The notes under the pieces: model-generated
Database searches by the model: none
Seen by the model: only the letters and a program-made list of their open reading frames with translations
What the model was told of the DNA's origin: nothing
In this document: piece after piece, positions 28,601-41,057 of the stretch
Position numbering within the stretch: position 1 is the stretch's first letter
Layout of the letters: each line of letters opens with the position of its first letter
Position numbers and translations under genes: made by a program
Assembly: GCA_002269645.1 (NCBI GenBank)
Contig: NIVC01001685.1
Coordinates: forward strand, 1 to 64,000
Origin: Macrostomum lignano
Lineage: Eukaryota
Direction of reading: 5' to 3'
Length of the DNA: 64,000 bases

Positions 28601-31600
28601 ACCAGCTAGTTATATATATACTTTCCTGACTGTCCACCTATTAGACCTATTAGAGCTATATCTTCAACTGCCTGTCTATATATATCAACCCATTTATAAT
28701 AATCATTTTGTCTTTATCAATTATCACAAAAGTAATAATTAACCATATAGTATTTATAGAATCTAATTACAGTCAGAAATTAACCAATTAGCAATAATGT
28801 TGGCTCATTCTCCTCAGACCGAAGATCAAGAGTTGAAGCAGCGACTCCGCATCATTGTATTGTTGGACGCTAGCAAGACTTCGTTAGAGTACGACATCAG
28901 GCCACTGACCCCGCCTCAGGTGGCCTATCTATTGGCTGTGTACAATTTGGAACTGCTCTGGTTAGTTTAAATGCAAGACTTCAATTTTCGCACCTAATTA
29001 TCCTTGCCGTATTAATAATTGCCCAAATAAAAATTTTATAATCAATTTCAGCATACTGAACTCCAGTCATGAGGGCGCACCTGCTCGACTGTTTCGCTAT
29101 TTGGAAGATGAAATATTTCTTAAAGAGAAAAATAGTACGTTATTTATCAATCAGTTAAATCATTAGCTAACTGATTAGTGAAATAGTTAGCAAACCAATT
29201 AGTGAAGCCATTAGGAAATCAATTAGTAAAAACATTAGGAATCAATTAGTGAAATAATTAGCAAATAGCAAATCAGTAAAATAACTAGAAAATCAATTAG
29301 TGAAATCATTAGCAGATCAATTAGTGAAATAATTAGCGGATCAATTAGTGAAATCATTAGCGGATCAATTAGTGAAATCATTAGCGGATCAATTAGTGAA
29401 ATCATTAGCGGATCAATTAGTGAAATCATTAGCAGATCAATTAGTGAAATCATTAGCGGATCAATTAGTGAAATCATTAGCGGATCAATTAGTGAAATCA
29501 TTAGCGGATCAATTAGTGAAATCATTAGCGGATCAATTAGTGAAATCATTAGCGGATCAATTAGTGAAATCATTAGCGGATCAATTAGTGAAATCATTAG
29601 CGGATCAATTAGTGAAATCATTAGCGGATCAATTAGTGAAATCATTTGCGGATTTATTAGTGAAATCATTAGCGGATCAATTAGTGAAATCATTAGCGGA
29701 TCAATTAGTGAAATCATTAGCGGATTTATTAGTGAAATAATTAGCGGATCAATTAGTGAAATCATTAGCGGATCAATTAGTGAAATCATTAGCGGATCAA
29801 TTAGTGAAATCATTAGCGGATCAATTAGTGAAATCATTAGCGGATCAATTAGTGAAATCATTTGCGGATCAATTAGTGAAATCATTAGCGGATCAATTAG
29901 TGAAATCATTAGCGGATCAATTAGTGAAATCATTTGCGGATTTATTAGTGAAATCATTAGCGGATCAATTAGTGAAATCATTAGCGGATCAATTAGTGAA
30001 ATCATTTGCGGATTTATTAGTGAAATCATTAGCGGATCAATTAGTGAAATCATTAGCGGATCAATTAGTGAAATCATTAGCGGATCAATTAGTGAAATCA
30101 TTAGCGTAACAATTAGTGAACTCCTAATGGATAGAAAATAATTGATTTTCTCCTACCAGCCTCAATGTGGAACTGCCTAGCAGCCCTGAGCCGGCGAATC
30201 TGGTTAAAATACCTGCAACACCTGAAGCGCCACTCGGATCACGTGGCCGTCTCCAACCTGGTTGAATCGCACGCCCAATTCCTGCTGGTAATGTTCAACC
30301 ACGTCAAGCAGAAGGTGCGCAATCAAGCTGACGAACAGTTGACTACGCTAATAAAAAATTTCCCTCACGTCATGTGGAGCGGAAAAGTTCTAACGGCCAT
30401 CTTGAACATCTGCCAACTACTCAGCCAATCCTTGGAAGTGGATCCCAACGAGGCCGCACCCGTGTACTCCGTTCCCAACACCCCATTCACCCTGGTGATA
30501 GCCGATCGGCTTAGCGAGAGGAAAACTCGAGTGACTCATTTTGTTGGTCACTGCAGTAATATTCTGCGAGAGGCTACCACCTGGTGTCCCGGTCTGGTTC
30601 GATCTCACCTGGTGCACTACCTGTTGGATAATCAGAGCGTTGCCGAGGCTATCCGGGGCCAGCATTGCGGCTTATCGTACGCTGCCGAGCAGATCCTCGC
30701 GCTGGCCGGTTATCACCGGTATTCGAAATCGAAGCCTAATCAGGAGACTTCGGAATTGCCCAGGTGTATCAGCAGGGATATGAGCAACTGCGTGGCTGTG
30801 CTGCAGCTCAGGGCCAGGTGCGTGTGGGGTTGCGGTGTGGGGTTGCTGTGCTGGTTTTTACAGTGTGGGATTGGGATGTTGTGGGGTATGTGATCGGTGA
30901 TTATAGGGTATGGGATCGGGTGTTGTAGGGTATGGGATTGGTGATTGTAGGGTATGGGATCGGGTGTTGTAGGGTATGGGATTGGTGATTGTAGGGTATG
31001 GGATCGCTGATTGTAGGGTATGGGATCGCTAATTGTAGGGTATGGGATCGCTGATTGTAGGGTATGGGATCGGGTGTTGTAGGGTATGGGATTGGTGATT
31101 GTAGGGTATGGGATCGACTGTTGTAGGGTATGGGATCGCTGATTGTAGGGTATGGGATCGGTGATTGTAGGGTATGAGATCGACTGTTGTAGGGTATGAG
31201 ATCGCTGATTGTAGGGTATGGGATCGACTGTTGTAGGGTATGGGATCGACTGTTGTAGGGTATGAGATCGCTGATTGTAGGGTATGGGATCGGGTGTTGT
31301 AGGGTATGAGATCGACTGTTCTAGGGTATGGGATCGCTGATTGTAGGGTCGGGTGTTGTAGGGTATGAGATCGGTGATTGTAGGGTATGGGATCGCTGAT
31401 TGTAAGGTATGGGATCGCTGATTCTAGGGTATGGGATCGCTGATTGTAGGGTATGGGATCGACTGTTGTAGGGTATGGGATCGCTGATTGTAGGGTATGG
31501 GATCGGGTGTTGTAGGGTATGGGATCGACTGTTGTAGGGTATGGGATCGCTGATTGTAGGGTATGGGATCGGGTGTTGTAGGGTATGAGATCGACTGTTG

Positions 31601-34600
31601 TAGGGTATGGGATCGCTGATTGTAGGGTCGGGTGTTGTAGGGTATGGGATCGGGTGTTGTAGGGTATGGGATTGGTGATTGTAAGGTATGGGATTGCTGA
31701 TTCTAGGGTATGGGATCGCTGATTCTAGGGTATGGGATCGACTGTTGTAGGGTATGGGATCGACTGTTGTAGGGTATGGGATCGGGTGTTGTAGGGTATG
31801 AGATCGACTGTTGTAGGGTATTGGATCGCTGATTCTAGGGTATGGGATCGCTGATTCTAGGGTATTGGATCGCTGATTGTAGGGTATGGGATCGCTGATT
31901 GTAGGGTATGGAATCGCTGATTGTAGGGTATGGGATCGCTGATTGTAGGGTATGGGATCGCTGATTGTAGGGTATGGGATCGCTGATTGTAGGGTATGGG
32001 ATCGCTGATTGTAGGGTATGGAATCGGGTGTTTTATGGTATGGGATCCAGGGACCAGGGTGTGGGATCGGGCTGTGGTGTGGCACTAAGAATCCTACATA
32101 TATGGTATTCTCACAAACCAAATCAATTGGCATGCACTGACAAAGTTAACCATCCGATCCACCTAACCCAACAGGTGCCTTGGGGCGGTAGATGGCATGT
32201 TGTCCTTGACAGACCTGCCCCAGCTGCAGAGCCTACTGACCGACCAGCTGCTCTCCAGCCCGGATCACACCAGCTCCCTGTTCCGCCTCTGCGCCCTAAT
32301 TGTTCACCCGGACACTCCGGACAAATGTGTCCGGCCGCTATTGCACGACCTGTGCTGGGCGGGGCTGAGGCAGTTCAACTCCGATGTACTCGACGCTGCC
32401 GTGTCCTGCTGGCTGTGGGTGATCACCGCCAAGCCGCACCTCAGCTCCCTGCTCTTCACCGAGTGTTGCTCCGCTTTTCAGGTGAGGCGCGCCGTCAGGA
32501 GCTGGTCTATAGATATCCGTGATAAGTCATCAGGCTGATCTATAGTCTTCCGTGATGAGTCATCAGGCTAGTCTATAGATTTCCGCGATGAGTCATCAGG
32601 CTAGTCTATAGGTTTCTGTAATGAGTCATCAGGCTGATCTATAGATTTCTGTGATGAGTCATCAGGCTGATCTATAGATTTCCGTGATGAGTCATCAGGC
32701 TAGTCTATAGATTTCCGTGCTGAGTCATCAGGCTAGTCTATAGATTTCCGTGCTGAGTCATCAGGCTAGTCTATAGATTTCCGTGCTGAGTCATCAGGCT
32801 GCTCTATAGATTTCCGTGCTGAGTCATCAGGCTAGTCTATAGATTTCCGTGCTGAGTCATCAGGCTGATCTATATATTTCCGTGCTGAGTCATCAGGCTA
32901 GTCTATAGATTTCTGTGATGAGCCATCAGACTGATCTATAGATTTCCGTAATTTCTTAATCAAACTGATTTATAGATTTCCGTGATGAGTCACCAGACTG
33001 ATTTAAAGACTTCCGTTATGAGTTACCATACTAATCTATAGATTAATGTATGTGGCTTTTAGATTGAGTGTAGACTTTGTATAACATAATTCTAATAATC
33101 TAGATAGATTGCTTATTAGAAGTGTCAGACTGGTCTATAGAAATTTGTGCTCGGGCATCTAATTTTCTAAGCAATCTGCCATGCAATTTACTACTCACAG
33201 TAGCAGCCGTAAATCACAATCGCAAATCTTATACAGGTGAGCGCAGAGCGCCGCATCGGCCTGTTCGCCAAGTCGAAGGCGGACCCAACACCGCTGGTCT
33301 TCTGCGAGGATTACCAGCTGAGCCAGCCAGTGCCGGATGTTGAGCCGCACAGAATCTGGGTCGGCTTCCTCAGCGAGCAGCTCACCGCATTCAAGTACAT
33401 CAGCACGGAGCGGGTGTCTCTAGTTGCCAATATGCTCACCAGATCGCTGCCATTTGTTTCGAAACATATCGCCGCTACGGGGGTGCTGTTCCGCCTGCTA
33501 TGGATGGGCCTGGTTGTCATACAGGCTAGCGGCCGTCTCCAACCGGTTGCTAAGGCCGTGCTGCGAGATAAAGTCTACGCCTGCGCATTGAAGCATTTCA
33601 CTAGGCGGCCGAGTTTCCCGGCTCAGTATGGCTGGCAGTTGCGCAACGATGTGCTGGCTCTGATTGACTTCTTTGAGAATATGCTTGTGAGTTCAATTCA
33701 CTACATTCACTTGGTAAATTTTGCCCTGAAAGCGACTGCCATTCTATAATCTCTAATTAAGAATCGCCTTGGGATCCCCGAAAATAACGTTTGAGATTCA
33801 GAAAATCGCCCTCTTTTTCAAAAGAATCGCCCTCTAGGTTTCCAATAACCGCTTTTTAAAATCCTTAAGAACGCCCCTAAACTTTCTAAAAGTCGTCATT
33901 GAAATTCTCAGATATTGCCCCTGAGAAATCCAAAAAAATCGCCCCCTAAAATCCCCAGTAATCGCCCCTGAAATCACTTATAATCGCCCTTGAAATCCGC
34001 CAAAATCACCTTTGCGATTCCCGAAAAATTGCCTTTCAGATCCTTCAAAGTCGCCCTTGAGATCTTCAAAAAATCGCTTCTAAAGATCCCCCAAAAATCG
34101 CTTTTGAAGTCTCCCTAAAATCGCCCTTTATATTCTCCAATAGTCGGCCCTGAGACTCATACAGAAATGCTTCAACCAAACCAGGTGGAGAAGAAGTCGC
34201 TGGAGGGCGGCCTGGAAAGCCAGGCCATGACGGCGCTGACTCTTCACGCTGGCGGCGCCGGCGGTGTCGGCGTCGGCTCTGGCAGCGGCGGCAGCGCCAT
34301 TGGCAGCGGCCGCGCCGCCTCTGGTCGGTTCGACGCCACGGCGACGGTGCATCGATTCGACGATCGACTGGCGACGGCAGCGGCTACCGTCGCTTCGTCG
34401 GCTTCAACGATGAATGTCAGTCAGCATCAGCAGCGTCATCATCACGGCCATTCGATGTCCACCTCGCCGTCCTTGGCTGCAGCGACTGGAACTTCCGTGA
34501 CCATTTCAGGCGCTGCGTCATCGACGCTTGGCCGGGTGGGCGCCGGCAGCAGCGCCAGCGGCCATCAGCGACTGGGCGTTGTGCGCGACGGTTCTGCAAC

Positions 34601-37600
34601 TTTGGGCGTCGGAGGAGGCGGCGGCATTTCCGGCGCGGCGTCCACCGCCGGCATCGGCGCACCGTCTTCTAACACGGTTACTAAGGAGTATCTAAGACGG
34701 CGTCAGCTGATTCTGCTGTTAGTTACTAACGAGCTCGAGCGCCTCATCACCTGGTGCAACCCCATCGCTCGGCAGGATCAAGCCTTCCCCGCCGATAAGG
34801 AGGCCAAGCTAAACGATTTCTTGTCCAAGCAGACTTTAAAACAGAAAGAACTGCGAGCCTACGCTGGCCTTGCTTGGCGGGTCAACCCTGTGCTTGCCGT
34901 GTTCCTGCCGCTGCGGTTTCCCAACTCTAATGAGCTGCTTACCGAGGTATGCGGTTGCTGATTTATGATTGTGTTCCCTTTATAATTAGGGATATGTGTC
35001 ATTTTTAATTAGGGAAATGTGCCATTTTTAATTAGGGAAATGTGCCATTTTTAATTAGGGATATGTGCCATTTCTAATTAGGGATATGTGCCATTTCTAA
35101 TTAGGGATATGTGCCATTTCTAATTGGGGATATGTGCCATTTTTAATTAGGGAAATGTGCCATTTTTAATTATTGGGGATATGTGTCATTTTTAATTAGG
35201 GATATGTGCCATTTCTAATTAGGGATATGTGCCATTTCTAATTAGGGATATGTGCCATTTCTAATTAGGGATATGTGCCATTTTTAATTATTAGGGATAT
35301 GTGCCATTTTTAATTAGGGACATGTACCATTTCTAATTAGGGATATGTGCCATTTCTAATTAGGGATATGTGCCATTTCTAATTATTAGGGATATGTGCC
35401 ATTTCTAATTATTAGGGATATGTGCCATTTCTAATTAGGGATATGTGCCATTTCTAATTATTAGGGATATGTGCCATTTTTAATTAGGGGTATGTGCCAT
35501 TTTTAATTATTAGGGATATGTGCCATTTTTAATTAGGGATATGTTCCATTTTTAATTAGGGATATTTGCCATTTCTAATTAGGGATATGTGCCATTTTTA
35601 ATTAGGGATATGTGCCATTTTTAATTATTAGGGATATGTGCCATTTTTAATTAGGGATATGTACTATTTTTAATTAGGGATATTTGCCATTTCTAATTAG
35701 GGATATGTGCCATTTCTAGTTAGGGAAAAGTGCCATTTCTAATTATTAGGGATTTGACTATCACTTCTAGCTAATAATCCCAAACCCGCCCTCGCCAGGT
35801 GTGCCGGCTGGTCCGCTGCAACCCGGACTACGTGAACAGCGTGCCTGAGGCGCTCCAATTCCTGGCCACGCCTAGCAACGTAGATAATGACGTACCTGAA
35901 CTCACCCATATGCTCACCTGGGCGCCGGTGAGCCCAGTGGACGCCCTGGCCTTCTTCAGTCGAATGTACGCCGCCCACCCGCTGACTCATCAGTACGCGG
36001 TGCGCACCCTGGCTTCCTACCCGCCCGAGGCGATGATATTCTACATTCCCCAGCTGGTGCAGGCGGTTCGCTACGATCAGATGGGCTACATGACTGAGTT
36101 CATTCTCAACTTGGCCAAGCGATCTCAGCTGTGCGCCCATCAGCTGTTGTGGAATATGCAGACCAACGCCTACAAAGACGATGAGGGCAAAGTTATCGAT
36201 CCGGCGATTGGGTCTACTCTGTTGAAACTGATGGATCATATTGTTGGACAGTTGGACGGCAATTCTAGGTGAGGATTTTTGAAAGTTAAAGATACATATC
36301 GGCTGCATAAAAACTCCTTCTGGTGACTTTAGGTTTAATAAAAGTATTTCAATACATATCGGCAGACTATAAATCAGTGATTCATTGACCCATTAGTTAT
36401 GTTTTCGATACATATCGACAAACTGTCCATCAGTAATTTAATGCCCATTAGTTATGTTTTATTCGATACATATCGGCAAACTATCCATCCGTGTTTCAAT
36501 GCCCCACTAGTTGTTTCATTCGATTAATTTCGCCAAAATACATATCATTGACTCAATGCCCCATTAGTTATGTTTCATTCGATACATATCGGCAAACTAT
36601 CCATCCGTGTTTCAATGCCCCACTAGTTGTTTCATTCGATTAATTTCGTCAAAATACATATCATTGACTCAATGCCCCATTAGTTATGTTTCATTCGATA
36701 CATATCGGCAAACTATCCATCCGTGTTTCAATGCCCCACTAGTTGTTTCATTCAATACATATCGGCAAAGTACAGTAGTATCTATTGATAGATCGATGTT
36801 CCATTTGTTATATTTTCTTCAATACATATTGGGCAAATCACTTTTAATGCTGTCAATATTAACCATCTGATTTCCTTCAGAAGTTTCTACGATCGCGAGT
36901 TCGATTTCTTCCACGAGGTCACCAACATCTCCGCCATCATCAAAGACTACGAGAAAGGCGAACGCCGTCGGGAAGCTTGTCGACGAGCTCTCCGCGACGT
37001 CCAACTTCGAACCGGTTGCTACCTGCCAACGAATCCCGACGCGTTAGTGACGGAGATCGACTACTCATCCGGCATTCCGATGCAGAGCGCCGCTAAAGCT
37101 CCGTTTCTGGCCAGATTTCGAGTTCGAAGAATCGGCATTCGAAATGTCGAGCGATTGGCCCTGACTTCGGAGTCCGATCTGCAGGCGAGAGAGTCGACTG
37201 CTCAGCCAGATCCAATGATGGCCTGCATCTTCAAAGTTGGCGACGATGTTCGACAAGACATCCTTGCGTTGCAAGTTATCGGATTGTTTCAGAATATCTA
37301 CCGCCAGATTGGGTTGGATCTGTTCTTGTATCCGTATAAGGTGGTGGCTACTAATCCTGGATGCGGAGTTATCGAGTGAGTTCCCCTCTGCTTGGGCAAT
37401 GGATGATATGACTTACTGGGTTGCAGATAGTGCCTGTGACATGGTTGGCTTGTTAGCGGTTGCATAGATTCATGACCCTGGATAATGACCGATCAGATTC
37501 ATGACCCTAGACAACGACCAATCTTAATCATGGCCCCAGACAATGACCAATCCTATCATGACCCTAGATAATGACCAATCCTAATCAAGACCCTAGACAA

Positions 37601-40077
37601 TGACCAATCCTAATCATGACCCTAGATAATGACCAATCCTAATTAAGACCCTAGACAATGACCAATCCTAATCATTACCCTAGACAACGACCAATCCTAA
37701 TCATGACCCTAGACAATGACCAATCCTAATCATGACCCTAGACAATAACCAATCCTAATCATTACCCTAGATAATGACCAATCCTAATCATGACCCTAGA
37801 CAATGACCAATCCTAATCATGACCCTAGACAATAACCAATCCTAATCATTACCCTAGATAATGACCAATCCTAATTAAGACCCTAGACAATGACCAATCC
37901 TAATCATTACCCTAGACAACGACCAATCCTAATCATTACCCTAGATAATGACCAATCCTAATTAAGACCCTAGACAATGACCAATCCTAATCATGACCCT
38001 AGATAATGACCAATCCTAATTAAGACCCTAGACAATGACCAATCCTAATCATGACCCTAGACAATAACCAATCCTAATCATTACCCTAGATAATGACCAA
38101 TCCTAATTAAGACCCTAGACAATGACCAATCCTAATCATTACCCTAGACAACGACCAATCCTAATCATGACCCTAGACAATGACCAATCCTAATCATGGC
38201 CCTAGACAATGACCAATCCTAATCATGACCCTAGACAATAACCAATCCTAATCATAATCCCAGATAATGACCAATCATAATGACAGCTTTCAATAGTTGT
38301 CTATCATGACTACGGCCCTACAGTTATGACCGATCGTGGCTATGACCCTATGGTTAAATGAATGATCTATCGAAGTTGGTCTACGGGCCCAGTCTTGAAT
38401 AATGGCACATCCTATGAGTTCTATTGTAGAACAATAGCATATTCAACCCCGCGGACCCCAAACTCTCTATTTCCCAGGTGCGTCCCGAACTCGAAATCCC
38501 GAGATCAGATCGGCCGCAACACGGAGTCCTCTCTGCACGACTACTTCATCAGCACCTACGGCGAGGAGAGCACGCCCAGATTCCAGGCGGCCAGACGCAA
38601 CTTCATCACTAGCATGGCCGCGTACTCAGTAGTGTGCTACATTCTTAATATTAAAGACAGGCACAATGCTAACATCATGCTTGACGATGAGGGCCATCTG
38701 ATTCATATCGATTTCGGATTCCTGTTTGAAACCTCACCAGGCGGTAACATGGGATTCGAGCCGGAGATGAAAATCTCCAACGAGATGGTTATGGTCATGG
38801 GCAACGGCACTGATAGCGAGAGCTACAAGTGGTTTGAGGAGCTTTGCGTTCAGGTAAATTCATATGGATGAAGAATAAAGATTTTATAGTACGGGCTACT
38901 GCTTTCACTAGCTAAGAATCCTATTTGATTGGTTGAGTTTATGGAAATTTAGGTCATAGATGTTCAGGGGGCTCATGCAACTTCAGGTCATAGATGTTAA
39001 GGGGCTCATGCAGCTTCAGGTCATAGATGTTCATGGGCTTATGCAACTTCAGGTCATAGATGTTCAGGGGCTCATGCAACTTCAGGTCATAGATGTTCAG
39101 GGGCTCATGCAACTTCAGGTCATAGATGTTCAGGTGCTCATGCAACTTCAGGTCATAGATGTTCAGGGGCTTATGCAACTTCAGGTCATAGATGTTCAGG
39201 TGCTCATGCAACTTCAGGTCATAGATGTTCAGGTGCTCCTGAAACTTCAGGTCATAGATGTTCAGGTGCTCCTGAAACTTCAGGTCATAGATGTTCAGGT
39301 GCTCCTGAAACTTCAGGTCATAGATGTTCAGGTGCTCCTGAAACTTCAGGTCATAGATGTTCAGGTGCTCCTGAAACTTCAGGTCATAGATGTTCAGGTG
39401 CTCCTGAAACTTCAGGTCATAGATGTTCAGGTGCTCCTGAAACTTCAGGTCATAGATTTTCAGGTGCTCCTGAAACTTCAGGTCATAGATGTTCAGGTGC
39501 TCATGAAACTTCAGGTCCTAAATGTTCAGGTGCTCATGCAACTTCAGGTCATAGATGTTCAAGGGGCTCATGGAATTTTAGGTCATAGATATTCAGGGGC
39601 TTATGGAACCCCAGGCCATAGATGTTCAGGGGCCTCATGGAAATAAAACTTTTGTTTGGCTATGTGTCATAAATATTTATTTATGGTTCATGGAGTTTTT
39701 ATTAGTGAGTCATGTAGCTTTAATTAGGGGGTCATGTAGCTTTAATTATAGGGTCATGGAGCTTTAATTAGGGGGGTCAGACAGCTTAGGACCAAGCCTG
39801 CTAAAGCCTCACTATTCAATCTTGTTCAAACCAGGCATTCCTGGCAGTCAGACCGCACCGGGAGTCCCTGGTAGCCCTGGTGTCCCTTATGCTAGACACT
39901 GGACTGGACTGCTTTCGCGGGCAGACCATCAAGCAGCTCCGGGAGAGATTCTTTCCTCACGACGGCGAGCGAATGGCGGCGCAGTATTTTCTAAGAATTG
40001 TGCGCAGCTGCCGCGAGCACTGGCGCACCGCCGGGTACGATGCCATCCAGTACCTGCAGAATCGGATTCAATACTGA
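10700..40077 (+). CDS. PI4KA: Phosphatidylinositol 4-kinase III alpha, 22 exons, 2201 aa
   Basis: Exons 10700-10825, 17747-17866, 17961-18054, 19306-19461, 20155-20487, 21472-21710, 22667-23040, 23626-24057, 25227-25443, 25679-25963, 26610-26727, 26799-26923, 28818-28960, 29052-29134, 30160-30817, 32175-32481, 33237-33686, 34185-34946, 35799-36268, 36881-37375, 38478-38853, 39835-40077. All are GT-AG and phase-compatible (6606 nt). Motifs: [73 protein letters not shown]. Confidence 0.93.
11976..12865 (-). mobile_element. Decayed Mutator-like (MULE) gene fragment: PHD finger, 18-bp-repeat linker, FLYWCH zinc finger; in PI4KA intron 1
   Basis: From ATG 12865: [23 protein letters not shown] (PHD), then ELPTAA repeats. 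After a frameshift near 12280: [30 protein letters not shown] (FLYWCH). In-frame TGA at 12779-12781, 12223-12225 and ~12017. No DDE domain or TIRs were found. Confidence 0.65.
14183..16533. mobile_element. Non-autonomous TIR DNA element (CCC..GGG termini; CMC/EnSpm-like) with subterminal repeats and a decayed spliced ORF
   Basis: Left end CCCGACCGAAAATATTTGTCCTTT versus right-end rc CCCGACCGGAAATAATTGTTCTTT. AA flanks both sides. TGTGCCA/TGGCACA clusters at 14218-14520 and 16170-16410. Coding remnants at 14612-15430 with GTAAG/CTGCAG splice sites. The superfamily assignment is inferred. Confidence 0.65.
18112..19285. repeat. 21-bp minisatellite ACTAAAAATCCCCATAGCAGA (PI4KA intron 3)
   Basis: Directly visible tandem array. 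Confidence 0.95.
19536..20098. repeat. 20-bp minisatellite GGCGCCAAAGTAGGGTTTGA (PI4KA intron 4)
   Basis: Directly visible tandem array. Confidence 0.95.
20630..21420. repeat. 20-bp minisatellite GAATTCTTAGAAAACTTCAG (PI4KA intron 5)
   Basis: Directly visible; it drifts to GGATTGTTAGTGAACTTCAG at the 3' end. Confidence 0.95.
21790..22624. repeat. 30-bp minisatellite GACTGTGCCCTCCCTGAGATCCTTCAGGTG (PI4KA intron 6)
   Basis: Directly visible tandem array. Confidence 0.95.
23075..23545. repeat. Degenerate GTGTGAATCTTTAG repeat (PI4KA intron 7)
   Basis: Recurrent TGTGAATC core with variable spacers. Confidence 0.75.
24105..25142. repeat. 41-bp minisatellite with a 420-bp higher-order duplication (PI4KA intron 8)
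   Basis: Unit AGCTGATATGAGCTGTGATGCTCAGGGAGGGTTGCTCATGT. The variant pattern starting at 24274 recurs at 24694. Confidence 0.9.
26035..26420. repeat. Degenerate repeat with palindromic core ATCTCACCTGAGAT (PI4KA intron 10)
   Basis: The ATCTCA-NN-TGAGAT core recurs about ten times. Confidence 0.75.
26990..28570. repeat. 21-bp minisatellite TACACATACACCTACCTTATC (PI4KA intron 12)
   Basis: Highly homogeneous array; source of several spurious long ORFs. Confidence 0.97.
29200..30120. repeat. 24-bp minisatellite GAAATCATTAGCGGATCAATTAGT (PI4KA intron 14)
   Basis: Directly visible tandem array. Confidence 0.97.
30895..32045. repeat. 22-bp G-rich minisatellite GTAGGGTATGGGATCGCTGATT (PI4KA intron 15)
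   Basis: Directly visible tandem array. Confidence 0.95.
32510..33030. repeat. 33-bp minisatellite GATGAGTCATCAGGCTAGTCTATAGATTTCCGT (PI4KA intron 16)
   Basis: Directly visible tandem array. Confidence 0.93.
33750..34130. repeat. Degenerate AAATCGCCC repeat (PI4KA intron 17)
   Basis: Recurrent AATCGCCC core. Confidence 0.7.
34983..35750. repeat. 23-bp minisatellite TTAGGGATATGTGCCATTTTTAA (PI4KA intron 18)
   Basis: Directly visible; each unit contains TTAGGG. Confidence 0.95.
36390..36770. repeat. ~116-bp tandem duplication, ~3 copies (PI4KA intron 19)
   Basis: TATCGGCAAACTATCCATCC recurs at 36471, 36587 and 36703. Confidence 0.85.
37470..38285. repeat. 29-bp minisatellite ATGACCCTAGACAATGACCAATCCTAATC (PI4KA intron 20)
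   Basis: Directly visible tandem array. Confidence 0.95.
38950..39640. repeat. 33-bp minisatellite TTCAGGTCATAGATGTTCAGGTGCTCCTGAAAC (PI4KA intron 21)
   Basis: Directly visible tandem array. Confidence 0.95.
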
Positions 40078-41057
40078 CATGCCCCAATTAACTACTGTTA
40101 TTAGTATTGAACTGTTTGATTGAATTCATATTTAGTTTGATATATATACATACTACTCGATTAATTGTTGCTGTTGAGTAGTAGTAGTAATAGTGTGAGT
40201 AGCTATCTAGCAATTCTATTAAATTAAAGCAAAGATAGGTTACGTAAGTTAAGCAAACTTGGTCGCGGTTAGTACATGCATACTGTGTGCTTTAGAGGTT
40301 GGTCCTTACGGTTTTGCTACTAGAACTTTGCTACCAACACAATCTAATACTCTCATAGAAATGTGTTGTTTCGTAAGTAGTATGATGATTATGCTGAGCT
40401 AATTTTTGCTTATGAAATTGTTTTGTTTGCGCTGTAATTGACTTCTAAGTTTTGTTATAATATAGTTCAGTGTACACCGTAAACATGTAGTAAATATTTT
40501 TGTCATGATATCAATTGTTCTTTATAGCTTTAACTTTCCTTGTGTATCTGCTTTTTATTTTGTGTTTACTCGCATACAATTCAAGACAACAACAACTGGT
40601 TTATTGCTGTGTTAGAAATTATCTGTGATTTTTAGTCTTAATAGTCTTTTCTCAATATTGTTTAATTGCGTGTATTTCTATTGTGTGTAATTGTATTGTT
40701 AATTAATGAATACAGTATATATCAGGCAGGGGTGTTAAGAATTGATGAGGGAGCGGAGAGGCAAATACCAAAACTTTATTTTTGTAATTGGTGTTCATTT
40801 GACAAATTTAATTAGATAAAAAATTGTATGAAGTTTCCTAGCGTGACTAGATTTAGACGGAAAACACTTTGTATTGTGGTGTGCGATTTTCAGTTCAGTT
40901 TTGTTTCTTCACTGCACCATTTATTAATTTGATTTTGAATACTATATTTATTTTTTCCTGCACTATTTGGCGTAAATTAATAAATCTGTTTGAAAATATG
41001 AGAAATTTTTGCGCGATTTTACTATTGAATATATTACCAATTGTTTATTGTTTAGCC

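Noticed and set aside
26681-28629. Long ORFs (407-577 aa) of THTPTLS / YLHIHLP / CVDKVGV repeats
   Set aside because: Translations of a stop-free 21-bp intronic minisatellite; only 26799-26923 is a real PI4KA exon.
18093-39646. Other repeat-derived ORFs ([50 protein letters not shown]) and CRISPR-like appearance of arrays
   Set aside because: Head-to-tail minisatellites without unique spacers, inside eukaryotic introns; no cas genes.
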